Shown here: positions 38,955 through 52,149 of the stretch, piece after piece | Numbering within the stretch: the stretch's first letter is position 1 | Layout of the letters: each line of letters opens with the position of its first letter | Assembly: GCF_006345805.1 (NCBI RefSeq) | Contig: NC_042999.1 | Location: 146,072,001-146,136,000 of the forward strand | DNA length: 64,000 nucleotides | From: Octopus sinensis | Lineage: Eukaryota | Direction: 5' to 3' | Made by a program: the position numbers and the translations under genes | Notes under the pieces: model-generated | What the model was told of the DNA's origin: nothing | Database searches by the model: none | Seen by the model: the letters and a program-made list of their open reading frames with translations, nothing else

Positions 38955-39979
38955 TTAAAGCATAGAGCAGATTATCATAATGCAAACAAAGAATGTGAAC
39001 ATCATATACTGTCGAGCTCAAGTCAGCTATGGGAGGTCAAAAGTCATGCACACATGCACACAGAGAAATGATGGGCTTCCTTCAGTTTCTGGTGACCATA
39101 TTCACACACAAAGCAGTTTTCAACCAATATCTATTATAGAAAGGCCCTTGGCACAAAGTTCTGCACTGTGAGATTGAATCCAAAATACATGTGGTTGCAA
39201 AGTGAACTTTTTAATCATACAACCATAGAGAACAGCTTTACTTTTAAATAGGTGTTCTTCTGGTATTTGTTTCAACTATGCACAATCGAATAGAAGATGC
39301 AACTGATTTCAAGAAAAATAGACACACACACACTGCAACTTAGGATATGTAAAATATACAAACAAAATTGTCTGCAGTTTGAGAACGATATCAAGACATT
39401 CCTAAAAACCATTTATTGAACATATATGCAACAGGAATAGCTATTTCCAGCCAAAATTTATGGCAGAGGACTCACCATTCAGTCAGTATGGAGAATGCTT
39501 ACAGCTACTAAGGTAAGTAAAAAAGAAAGGGGAAAGCAACTGTTTACAGGATAGGAGAATCAGCAGAAAAAGCTAGCTATGGAACAAGAGAGAAAAAGTG
39601 AAGCTGGAAACCAAAAAAACATGAGTTGTGATTTGGACATCATTGCTGACACACCAACTTATGTTTGCTGATTTCTACATAGGAACAAAAGTTCTTTGTG
39701 AGTTCCATATGACTGAGGTTGTGTGTGTCACTGAAAAAAGTGAAATTACATTGAAACACTGACGTCTGATAGTTCGCAAACATCATTTGGAGCATGTTGT
39801 GCTTTTAGCACAAATTGGCTCTAAGGAAAAGTTGTCTGAGATCAAATTCTACAGTGAGCACCTTTCCACATTTGTGTGTATATGAACTTGTTATAAATGA
39901 TGCACACATCATTATAACATCATTTTTTACAAACTCATAATTAAAATAAATGTTGCCATTAAAATAAATGTTGCTGGTA

Positions 39980-40630
39980 GTCACTGCAGAAACTACAAGT
40001 AGACAATGGCTGGTGAGAACTATCCAAGCCATGTACAGTGGGTGCTGACATTAAGATGAAAGTTGGCAATGAATTTAGTGAGCAAGTAGAAGTTCACAAA
40101 GGCTCAGTTGTTACTACCCTCCTGTTTGTCATAATCCCTCAAAGCCATAGCAAAGAAGTTTAAAACTTGTTTCCCCGGGAGCTCCTCTATGACCTTGTTC
40201 TTATAGTTAAATTTGCAGCTGAAATAGAAATGAAATTCCAGGAATAGAAGCAAAACCTGGAATCAAAGGGTGTTAAAGTTAACTTAGTAAAAACTAAAAT
40301 TCTAATGAGCAGGAATGTGGAAAATGGCTCTGGTATGTAGAAAAGATGGTAGAAATTCCATATGATGTACTCAATGAAAACTGTGGATACATGAGGAGTA
40401 GTGGAATCACAGGAAGGTTAACAGAGAAAGAAGGTCTTGTGTGTGGCAGAGGCACAGGAACAATACACGGTAACACAGAAGGATGACAACAAAAATCCCT
40501 AGAGGCAGTAAATAGTTTCTGTTACCTAGGTGACTTAATTAGCAGTGGAAGAAGATGCTTTCAAGGAGTAGTTGCTAGAATACAAATCAGCTGGTGAAAT
40601 TTCAGAGAATTATTACCTCTGTTGATAATA
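39980..40630 (+). mobile_element. RTE RT fragment
   Basis: WLVRTIQAMY, VHKGSV...LLFVI, ELLY(AD)DL, NLESKGVKVNLVKTKIL-like readings across frameshifts. Confidence 0.75.
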
Positions 40631-42053
40631 AAAGGCTTCTCTTCCACTAGTAAAGGTGCCATATTAAAAGCAAACAGTTCACTATGTAACGTTGGTTGGT
40701 GTTGGGAAGGGCAGACAATGGAGCTTGGCACAGTCCTCTGGTTCACTGGCTCTTGTCAAACTGTCCAACACATACCACCATGGAGCATAGATTTGAAATT
40801 ATGATGATGATATATTCATATACACACAAATGCACAGACATAGATTTAAGCATACATTTTTCCTACTTTTAAACTAAAATATCAGGTGTGCATCATACCC
40901 AAACCACAAATGCTAAATATTTACCTTGAATTGAAGGTCTAATTGACACAATTTATATCTCATAGAATTACACATAAAAAACTGCATAAGGTAGTTTAAA
41001 AAGTTTTTACAGCTTTTGAAAAATCAAAATACTATTTCAATTTAAGATTATACCGTTTTTTTTTTTTAATTTAAGAAAATCCACTCTTAATGAGCACTCT
41101 TAAAACTTTATTTTCTTCAAAAATTTCCAAAAGAGAAAAATTTGAAATAAATTTACAGTGAAAGAAAAATTAAATTCAAATCCGATAGTGATATTTTTAC
41201 CCCTGTTAAATAACTAACAAGACCAAAATCACCATCAAATCACAATCTAACTTAATTTATTCCAGCAATCAAATAAAATTCAAAGAAAATGATATACTCT
41301 GATAAAATAAAACTGAAGAAAAATAAAAAAAAAAAGATTATTTAAAAAAAAAAATTGTTTATATAAGGTGGTGTTCCAGCATGGCAGCAGTCAAATGACT
41401 GAGACAAGTAAAAAGAAAATATTTAATAAAAGACCAGAAGATGAAGATCAAAAGTTAATATAACTTTGAGCACTTCACATAGTATTTTTCAAGTCAAGTA
41501 TTGGTTGACTTTAGCTGAATCATTTACAGAGATGTAAACAGATGCCTACATACATGCACACACACATACATAAAATGTATGCTTTTATTCTTTTACATGT
41601 TTCAGTCATTTGACTGTGGCCATGCTGAAGCACTGCCTTTAGTCGAACACATCGACTCCAGGGCTTATTCTTTGTAAGCCTAGTAATTATTCTATCGGTC
41701 TCTTTTGCCAAACTGCTAAGTTGCAGGGATGTAAACATACCAACATCAGTTGTCAAGTGATGGTGGTGGTGGTGGGGGACAAACATACACACACACACAA
41801 ATATATACATATATACGATGAACTTCTTTCAGCTTCTTCAGCCAAATCCACTCACAAGGCTTTGGTCAACCTGAGGCTATAGCAGAAGACACTTGCTCAA
41901 AGTGCCATGGAGTGGGACTGAACCTGGAACCATGTGGTTGAGAAACAAGCTTCTTACCACACAGTCATACTTGCACTTATATGTATGCATATATATGTAT
42001 ATAAAATATATTCATATAAAGACATACATATCTATCTATCTATCTATCTATCT

Positions 42054-42109
<56 letters not shown>

Positions 42110-42110
<1 letters not shown>

Positions 42111-43985
42111 AATGAAAGACAGAAGATGGAATAGAGGAGAATTTATTAATCACAACAACTGTTTCAACACATCTAGCATTGATCCCTCATGGGTGGGACC
42201 CTCAACAACTGGTTCAGGAGCAGATGTATCTCATCCGATGACGGATGATAAATAGATACAACTCATTAAAATAACAGTTCCGTGATGTAACTTCTCGCTT
42301 TGTAGAAAGGAAAGATCAAAAATACAATCACAGATTGGAAAAAAAGAGATATGCACATGCAATTCAGTGAGAAATGTACTAAGAATAATTAATAAATATG
42401 GATAGATAAACACCCTTGGGCAAGCTGCATGGTGCGAGTGAAATCGTTCATACAAGCATCTGCAAAAATGTGAAAGGTGGTGCTCCAGCATAGCCACAGT
42501 CAAAGGACTGAAACAAGTAAAATAGTAAAAGAGACATGCACATGTAAAGTTTGGTGCACTTATGATCACAAAGCAAGTTAACCATCTACTTGGTGTTTGT
42601 AAAAACAAGGAGGTTAAAAGTAAACTTAAGTTATCTATAACTTAAAGTAAATTAAATTATGTTAAGAGTTACTCGAAATTCATTCCCACTGAATTGTGCA
42701 AAAGTACATTTATATGTATGTAGGCATCTCAAGAGTCTTTTAGAAATTCTATTAATGATTTTCTCATTAATCCACAGAATAGATAAGGATTCCTTGGAGC
42801 AGAGATGGCATCTTCTGGAAATTATACTGTATGGTTTCACGTGTCTTACTATGGATCAAGTTATGCTGTACTTCATTTTATCCTCCTTCAGCATTCAAAG
42901 TTGACCAAAGATGTTGAATGACTCTTATTGATAGTCTTAAAGCTGGCGACATAGTTATGGTAACAATTCTTAAATGAATCAGCTGCTGGCCCAATGTAAA
43001 CATACAACCATCCCCATGTGTGCACAGTACATTTATTTATAAGATTTGTATTTATACAGAGATTCATCAAAGGACATTTTGATTTTTAACTGCATGAGCA
43101 TTTATCATATTTATTTGTATATGTCAGTCCTGACTCCATTTACCAACATTGTTATCATGTTAGATGTATCAAAAGTATTTCTATTACTACAGTGTAGTCG
43201 TAATTGGTGTTTATCATTGCAGTTTACATCTTCTTGGTTAGTATTTAGATGCATATGTTTGCTAGATCCTGTAGATGGGTTATTGAAACTTTGCTGCATT
43301 TTGCTATTGTTTATGTGATGCGTAAGCTGCTCTAAATTAGCAGAGTTGATGTAGGATATCTTCACAGTATGCCAATTAAAAATAAATAGTATGATACCAA
43401 TTATATTTAGGAAAACACTTGGACAAAGCAGCAAAAAATTTCCATGTAAACTGAAAATTGGGTTGAACCAGTGGACATCCCGATTCCTATATCTATTGTA
43501 AGGCTTATTTGATTGTGTTGTACAGGACTGGAACAAGCAGTTGCATAATTATGTTGTGTGTGTCTATGAGTTTTCATTGGTAGTTCATTGATATGACCAA
43601 TTCTTCCTGGCCTGTATTCTATATCTGAGTGAGTTTTCAAACTGTGACATTGTGTTGGTGTTCAATGTGTATTATAATTGGAGGAATTAGCAGTGTTGTG
43701 TATGCCTGCTTCTTGTATATATTGAATTTTTTCATGGTACCTAGCCCTAGCTGGAGCAGCATGATAATTAGTTGCATGTGATTTGGAAATTTTTTTATTA
43801 GCGGATAATTTAGAAATTCATGTAGAAATATTCTTAACTAATCCCCGTGTAATCGAGGGTGGATGGTTGGATGCTACATTAATGTACTTAATACAATCAT
43901 TTTGCTTATGAAATGGTTCAAATAATCCAGTATCAGACAGAAGGTAGTGTCAAGAAAATTCACTCTATGGTAATCTTTACCCATA
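42110..43985 (-). mobile_element. Penelope-like element 3' portion (RT thumb, GIY-YIG endonuclease region, terminal repeat)
   Basis: VNFLDTTF, RNRDVHWFNPIFS, IFNWHTVKISY, VNCNDKHQ..LH, KPYSIISRRCHLCSKESLSI...LLRCLH. Hammerhead-like motif at 42149-42242. Confidence 0.88.
42149..42242 (-). ncRNA. Degenerate type-I hammerhead in the Penelope terminal region
   Basis: gtcat-CGGAUGA-gatacatct...agatgtgtt-GAAAC-agtt-GUU-gtgat. 9-bp stem II, but core U4 is replaced by G. Confidence 0.55.
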
Positions 43986-43986
43986 G

Positions 43987-44045
<59 letters not shown>

Positions 44046-44047
<2 letters not shown>

Positions 44048-45809
44048 GCCCCCCCCCCTCACATATATACATATCATCCTCATAATCATTTAATCTGTTT
44101 TCCTTGCTAGCATGGGGTGAGTACTGGGTGGTTTTTTGTGTCACAATAATAAAGTAGGTCAAAAAAGAACAAAAAAATGTCTTCTTGATCAAGAGTGTGT
44201 GTATGTGTGTGTGAGGGGATATTTGAGTAGGTGGAGAGGTAATTTTCTGCCAAGGACAAACCGAAGTGTCTTGATAAAGAAAAGATATATGCCTATCCAA
44301 CATTCATATAAGTGTGGGTGGGAGAATCTACGAAAAGAATAAGATGGTAGTGATGGGATGTAATGTAAGTCAAAGAGAGAAGGTTAGCGGGTGGGGAGAG
44401 GGGTAGGAAGGTGAGAAGTGGGGAAGGCTTGATGGCCTGTATAGGTATAGGGACAGTGCCCAGTACATATGAGCATACACAAAATATTCATAGTGCTTCA
44501 TATTTGCTGTTATGGATTGGTCTTCTCAAGTGCAACAAATTGCCTATAATCTCAGGGTTGGGTCACATGAATAGGCCAGCTCTGACCCTGTGCTTCTAGA
44601 TTAGAAAAGAACAACTGGGAGAGAGTGTCTGCTGTTTTGAACAAAGCAACCATGGTTTTGTGGGGTTTCCACAATCAACCTCAGAAGTATTCTTTTACTT
44701 GTTTCAGTCATTTTGACTGTGGCCATGCTGGTGCACTGGCTTTTAGTCGAACAAATCAACCCCAGGACTTATTCTTTGTAAGTCTTGTACTTATTCTATT
44801 GGTCTCTTTTGCTGAACTGCAAAGTTACAGGGACGTAAACACACCAACATCCGTTGTCAAATGATGGTGGGGGAACAAACACAGACACAAACATACACAC
44901 ACACATGCACAAATATATATATATGCGATGGGCTTCTTTCAGTTTCCATCTACCAAATCCACTCACAAGGCTTTGGTCAGCCCGGGGCTATAGTAGAAGA
45001 CACTTGACCAAGGTGCCACAGTGGGACTGAACCTAGAGCCATGTGGTTGGTAAGCAAGCTACTTACCACACCACTACTCCTGCACCTAAGGAATTTTTTC
45101 TTTTTTGCTTTTGTTTTTGTTATTTCTCTTATTTTCTAAGTAAACATCCACTTTATCATCCTGTACTGTCTTCAATCTTCAGTCAACCCTTGTGGTTAAT
45201 AAAACAGAGCATTATTTTTTTCTTTTTACCCAGCTGAAAATAAAAATGAAGCTGAAATTACTATCAACAATAAAATGGAACAAAAAGAAAAGAATTTTTT
45301 TCTTAATTGTTTATGCAATAACTGACTGAAGATGGAAGACAGGAGGCTTGTGTAGGAATTGTTAAGATCATTGATGATGAATATCTGATTAGAACACATG
45401 ATTGGTTTGGAAGTCATAGGCAGTCAGGTTAACAGTAAAAATGCAGGTGTTTGGTGATTCATGTGCTTTCATAACAACACACACATACAGGCACACAGAC
45501 ACGGACACACAGACAGACACACATGCACACACATACATACACAATTGTGTTTCTTCAAAACTTTCCTTAAAATGCAAATTTTAAAACAGAATCGTACTCT
45601 TTTACTTGTTTCAGTCATTTGACTGTGGCTATGCTGGAGCACCACCTTTAGTCAACCAAATTGAACCCAGGATTTATTCTTTGTAAGCCTAGTACTTATT
45701 CTATCGGTCTCTTTTGCCGAACCACTAAGTAACAGGGACGTAAACACACCACCATCGGTTGTCAAGCAATGTTGGGAGGACAGACACACACACACACACA
45801 CACACATAC

Positions 45810-45849
<40 letters not shown>

Positions 45850-47613
45850 GCCCCCCCCCCTCACATATATACATATCATCCTCATAATCATTTAATCTGT
45901 TTTCCTTGCTAGCATGGGGTGAGTACTGGGTGGTTTTTTGTGTCACAATAATAAAGTAGGTCAAAAAAGAACAAAAAAATGTCTTCTTGATCAAGAGTGT
46001 GTGTATGTGTGTGTGAGGGGATATTTGAGTAGGTGGAGAGGTAATTTTCTGCCAAGGACAAACCGAAGTGTCTTGATAAAGAAAAGATATATGCCTATCC
46101 AACATTCATATAAGTGTGGGTGGGAGAATCTACGAAAAGAATAAGATGGTAGTGATGGGATGTAATGTAAGTCAAAGAGAGAAGGTTAGCGGGTGGGGAG
46201 AGGGGTAGGAAGGTGAGAAGTGGGGAAGGCTTGATGGCCTGTATAGGTATAGGGACAGTGCCCAGTACATATGAGCATACACAAAATATTCATAGTGCTT
46301 CATATTTGCTGTTATGGATTGGTCTTCTCAAGTGCAACAAATTGCCTATAATCTCAGGGTTGGGTCACATGAATAGGCCAGCTCTGACCCTGTGCTTCTA
46401 GATTAGAAAAGAACAACTGGGAGAGAGTGTCTGCTGTTTTGAACAAAGCAACCATGGTTTTGTGGGGTTTCCACAATCAACCTCAGAAGTATTCTTTTAC
46501 TTGTTTCAGTCATTTTGACTGTGGCCATGCTGGTGCACTGGCTTTTAGTCGAACAAATCAACCCCAGAACTTATTCTTTGTAAGTCTTGTACTTATTCTA
46601 TTGGTCTCTTTTGCTGAACTGCAAAGTTACAGGGACGTAAACACACCAACATCCGTTGTCAAATGATGGTGGGGGAACAAACACAGACACAAACATACAC
46701 ACACACATGCACAAATATATATATATGCGATGGGCTTCTTTCAGTTTCCATCTACCAAATCCACTCACAAGGCTTTGGTCAGCCCGGGGCTATAGTAGAA
46801 GACACTTGACCAAGGTGCCACAGTGGGACTGAACCTAGAGCCATGTGGTTGGTAAGCAAGCTACTTACCACACCACTACTCCTGCACCTAAGGAATTTTT
46901 TCTTTTTTGCTTTTGTTTTTGTTATTTCTCTTATTTTCTAAGTAAACATCCACTTTATCATCCTGTACTGTCTTCAATCTTCAGTCAACCCTTGTGGTTA
47001 ATAAAACAGAGCATTATTTTTTTCTTTTTACCCAGCTGAAAATAAAAATGAAGCTGAAATTACTATCAACAATAAAATGGAACAAAAAGAAAAGAATTTT
47101 TTTCTTAATTGTTTATGCAATAACTGACTGAAGATGGAAGACAGGAGGCTTGTGTAGGAATTGTTAAGATCATTGATGATGAATATCTGATTAGAACACA
47201 TGATTGGTTTGGAAGTCATAGGCAGTCAGGTTAACAGTAAAAATGCAGGTGTTTGGTGATTCATGTGCTTTCATAACAACACACACATACAGGCACACAG
47301 ACACGGACACACAGACAGACACACATGCACACACATACATACACAATTGTGTTTCTTCAAAACTTTCCTTAAAATGCAAATTTTAAAACAGAATTGTACT
47401 CTTTTACTTGTTTCAGTCATTTGACTGTGGCTATGCTGGAGCACCACCTTTAGTCAACCAAATTGAACCCAGGATTTATTCTTTGTAAGCCTAGTACTTA
47501 TTCTATCGGTCTCTTTTGCCGAACCACTAAGTAACAGGGACGTAAACACACCACCATCGGTTGTCAAGCAATGTTGGGAGGACAGACACACACACACACA
47601 CACACACATACAT

Positions 47614-47640
<27 letters not shown>
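44046..47640 (+). repeat. Tandem duplication, period 1802 bp (44046-45847 and 45848-~47640)
   Basis: Identical ORFs repeat at +1802. I saw only two substitutions outside microsatellites (cccaggac/cccagaac, gaatcgta/gaattgta). Junctions lie in (TA)n tracts. Confidence 0.97.
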
Positions 47641-47649
<9 letters not shown>

Positions 47650-49558
47650 TACGACGGGTTTCTTTCAGTTTCTGCCTACCAAATCCACTCATAAAGCTTT
47701 GGTCGGCTTGAGGCTATAGCAGAAGACACCTGCCCAAGGTGCCATGCAGTAGGACTGAACCCGGAACCATGTGGTTTGTAAGCAAGCTACTTACCACACA
47801 CCCACTCCTATGCCTATGTACAGAAATACATTTTCAAGAGCACAATTAGAAATCTGGTTAAAAAAAGTGAAAAAATGCTAAAATTTTTGAAACGAGGTGG
47901 ACAGCAGAAATTTGACCCAAATAAATCTGATCCAAATATTTCTTTTTTAAAAATTGTAACCCTCATCCTGGTAAAATGTATCTCTGTAAAATTTTGTTTA
48001 AACTTAAGACCCATAAAAACATACTTTGAAACCTAGAAAAGGAGCATCAGTCTGTAGTTATGACATGTACATTCTATTATGTTTGTGTGTTTGTATGTAT
48101 TAATGTACCACTGGGATCAACAAAGTGCTTTAGTGTCTCATAATACTACATGCATTTCCCTAACATCATTTTCCTTTACTGCTGAATATTGGTTTCAAAT
48201 TTTGGCACATCACCAAGCATTTTGGGGGAGGGTGCTAGTTGATTACTTTGACCCCAGTGTTCAACTGGTACTTTAAAAATCAACCTCCAAAAGGATGAAA
48301 GACAAAGTTGACCTCGATGGAATTTGAACCCAGAACGTGTAAACAGATGAAATACTGGTAAGCATTTTGCCGGCATGCTAATGAGTCTGCCAACTCGCTA
48401 ACTTCTTTACTGCTGAATATTGATTATTATTGCTACTATTTCTCTCTCTCTTTTACTTGTTTCAGTTATTTGACTGTGGCCATGCGGGAGCATCACCTTT
48501 AATCGAGCAAATCAACCCCAGGACGTATTCTTTGTAAGCCTAGTACTTATTCTATCGGTCGCTTTTGCCGAACCGCTAAGTTATGGTGACGTAAACACAC
48601 CAGCATCAGTTGTCAAGCGATGTTAGGGGGACAAACACAGACACACACACACACACACACATATATATAAATATATACGATGGGTTGTTTCAGTTTCTGT
48701 CTACCAAATTCACTCATATAGCTTTGGTCGACCCGAGGTTACAGTAGAAGACACTTGCCCAAGGTGCCACACAGTGGGACTGAACCTGGAACCATGTGGT
48801 TTGTAAACAAGCTACATACCACACAGCCACTCCTATGTCTATTGCTGATCTTTTTTTTTTTTTTGAAGATCAAAAAGCAGATTTCTGACCTCCATGTTGA
48901 AAGATTACTGTACTGCTTCCAAGTGATTTTAATTGATTATATCAACCCCTTCTTGTTACTCCCTAAAATTCCCTAACACCAGTGACCCACTGAATTGCAT
49001 GTGTTGTGAACATACAACATCTAAAGGGAGGAGGTGTACTCCAGTGATGAAAAGCAAAAGTGATCAAATATTCACAATGAAATCTGTCAGAACATTTTAA
49101 AAATAAATAGATATGTTATTATTTGTGTTCTCATTAGTTAGCATATATCCTATTAATTATAAAGAGAAATTATTTTCCTCCAATATCTAATCCAAAAGAA
49201 TGGAATAAAATTGGAAGTGTTGTGCTTGAGAAGACCCATCAAGCCAAGTGAAATTGTAGTTGTGACCAATACTGGAGTTGTGTAACTGGCACCTGTGCCA
49301 GTGGCACAAAAAATATTCCATGCTTGAGAAGAAGACCCATCAATCCGAGTGAAATCATAGTCATGGCAGATTCTGGTGTCACACAACTGGTACCTGTATT
49401 GGAGGCATGTAAAAGCACCCATTACACTCTTGAAATGGTTGGCATTAGGAAGGGCATCCAACTGTAGAAACCTTACCAAATCAGACAGGAGTCTGGTGCA
49501 GTTTGCCAGCCCTGGTCAAAATGTCCAGCCCATGCCAGCATGGACAATGGATGTTAAA

Positions 49559-49646
49559 TGAATAATAATAATAATAATGATAATGATTATGATAATAATA
49601 ATGATAATAATAATAATAATAATAGTAATAATAATAATAATAATAA
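49559..49646 (+). repeat. (AAT)n microsatellite
   Basis: Direct reading. Many other (TA)n, (CA)n, (GA)n and (CATA)n tracts occur, e.g. 16222-16263, 35347-35416, 43987-44045. Confidence 0.97.
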
Positions 49647-49647
49647 G

Positions 49648-49880
49648 CCAAGGTTACAATTGAAAGAGGCATCTTCCAAGGAGACTCTTGTTCATCTCTG
49701 TTATTTTCTATAGTCTTGATCCCACTTTCTGTAGTCCTATGCAAAGTTAATGCACACGATGAGCTGAGAAAGAATGAACCTTGTCTAAACCACCTTCTCT
49801 TCATGGATGATTTAAAACTGTTTGCAAAAACAGAGCCTGAAATAGAGAGGCTGGTTGAGACTGTGCAAATGTGCAGCAAA
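49648..49880 (+). mobile_element. R4/Dong RT fragment
   Basis: IERGIFQGDSC...LNHLLFMDDLKLFAKTEPEIERLVETV. Confidence 0.88.
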
Positions 49881-50175
49881 TATAAATAAATGTGCACTGC
49901 TCTCACTCAATAATAGCAATAATGACAATCCTTTCTGCTATTGGCACAAGGCCTGAAATTTGAAGGGAAGGGGCAGTTGAATAGATCAACCCCAGCATGC
50001 AACTGGTACTTAATTTATCAACCCCACAAGGATGAAAAGCAAAGTTGACCTTGGCAGAATTTGAACACTGAATGTAGGGATGGATGAAATGCTGCTAAGC
50101 ATTTTGCCTGGCATGCTAACAATTCTGCCAGCTTGCTGCCTTACATAATAATAATAATAACAACAACAACAACAA

Positions 50176-50905
50176 CTAGAAAAGCACCTGGAGAGCACAG
50201 ACCTCCATCAAGCAGCTCATTTCAGCCCATATACATGCATGCTGAAAATCGCCCAATTTTCCAAACCAATGCCAGCAAAAACATAACCTCCTTGGTGGGG
50301 GTAAGAAAAAATAACACAGCCATGTGATTTTAAGAAAAAAAACCCCTTTTAAAAACCTCCAGCATCATCATCAGCATTGTCATTGCTTCCACTTCAGCCA
50401 CATACACTGCCATCAACGTTATCATGACCGTTACCTTGACAGTCACTTTCACCACCACAACCAGTATAACCACTGCAATACCACCATCACACGACTAACA
50501 CTACCATCAACACCACTATTATCACCATCACCTCAGCATCACACATCACATTGCTCCTGTCACCATCATAACCACCGTTACTATTTTACCCTCCTCCCAT
50601 ACTTATCTCGACCATCGTCATCATCAACACTGTCTCTAAACAGCAATGCCACCATAGGTCATGTGGAACAATGTGTTTTCAAGGGAGATAATCAAAGAAT
50701 GTAACAAATGAAAAATCCTTCAAGAATCCATAAAATTTCTCAGATCACTACCAGAATTTCATCATCTATTCTTTGTGTCATAACCAACTTTTCCTGCAAG
50801 TTTCATCAAATACCGTTCAGAACTTTTTAGTTATTTTACACACAGATGGACAGACAGACAAACTAACGCCAATGAAAGCATAACCTCCTTCCTTGATGGA
50901 AGTAA
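50176..50905. mobile_element. Non-autonomous Helentron/Helitron2-like element, copy 2
   Basis: CTAG end. Subterminal IR acctccatcaag (50201-12) / cttgatggaagt (50892-903). Contains an extra CAC/CAT-rich block at ~50360-50600. Confidence 0.62.
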
Positions 50906-50929
50906 TAATAATAATAATAATGATAAGTA

Positions 50930-51190
50930 TATTGAGTATTGCAGACAACATAAGAGAATTAATTAGCTTTAGCACGAAGAAATGGAAAGTAGATCTCTAC
51001 TGAGACAGATTCCTGAATACAAACTGTAAGACTCTTCAGCAAAAATATGGGGATGGAATTTGGCATAGATAAGTGTGCAATATTAGTCATGAAAATAGGT
51101 CAGGTAGTCAACAGTGAAGGCATCAATTAAAAGGAGAAAGTTATAAGTATCCAGGAGTATTAGAATCTGGCAGAATACTAATTATAGAGC
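50930..51190 (+). mobile_element. R4/Dong RT fragment
   Basis: FSKNMGMEFGIDKCAILVMK...SYKYPGVLE. Confidence 0.8.
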
Positions 51191-51243
51191 AAAGCCAGCC
51201 AACAGCAACAACTCATAAAGTAATAACAATTTTGGTTGGAAGC

Positions 51244-51620
51244 ACTCCGTCGGTTACGACGACGAGGGTTCCGGTTGATCCGAATCAACGGAACAGCCTG
51301 CTCGTGAAATTAACGTGTAAGTGGCTGAGCACTCCACAGACACGTGTACCCTTAACGCAGTTCTCGGGGATATTCAGCATGACACAGAGAGTGACAAGGC
51401 CGGCCCTTTGAAATACAGGTACAACAGAAACAGGAAGTAAGAGTGAGAGAAAGTTGTGGTGAATGAGTACAGCAGGGATCACCACCATCCCCTGCCGGAG
51501 CCTCGTGGAGCTTTAGGTGTTTTCGCTCAATAAACACTCACAACGCCCGGTCTGGGAATCGAAACCGCGATCCTATGACCGCGAGTCCGCTGCCCTAACC
51601 ACTGGGCCATTGCGCCTCCA
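51244..51620 (-). mobile_element. Young, CpG-rich tRNA-derived SINE
   Basis: Minus head gtggaggcgcaatggcccagtggttagggcagcggactcgcggtcataggatcgcggtttcgattccc with A and B boxes. CpGs are unusually well preserved for this window. Confidence 0.85.
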
Positions 51621-52149
51621 CGGTAATAACAATAATGATAACTACACTGTTATATTCTTTTCTACTCTAGGCACAAGGCCTGAAATTTTGGGAGAGGGGG
51701 GCTAGTCAATTAGATCTATCCTAGTACACAACTGGTACTTAATTTATTGACCCCGATTTTGAACTCAGAATGTAAAGACAGACAAAATACTGCTAAACAT
51801 TTAGCCTGGTGTGCTAATGTGTCTGCCAGCTCGCTGCCTTAATTACACTGTTATATTGGCTACAGAAGGTAGCGGCAAGGACAAAACTGACAATAATAAT
51901 GTTGATCAGTGGTGGCCACAACTACTATAGTAATATAATAATACTAATGGTAACAGCAACAATAATGATGATAATAATAATTGTGGTGATAATTGTGGCA
52001 GAGAAAATAATAATCTCTTTATCTACCACAAAGGCTCAATGATAATAGCATTAATGTAAAGCAAAACATGTTTTATGAAACAGAAAGACAAATTAAAATA
52101 GTACACCAAATCACTTGTTCTATGGTTAATCTGGAATCATGTCCCTCAA

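Noticed and set aside
39451-39512. Plus-strand exon candidate ending at aag|gtaagt
   Set aside because: Weak acceptor and no other exons of a nested gene found. The donor is simply the reverse complement of the minus-strand acceptor.
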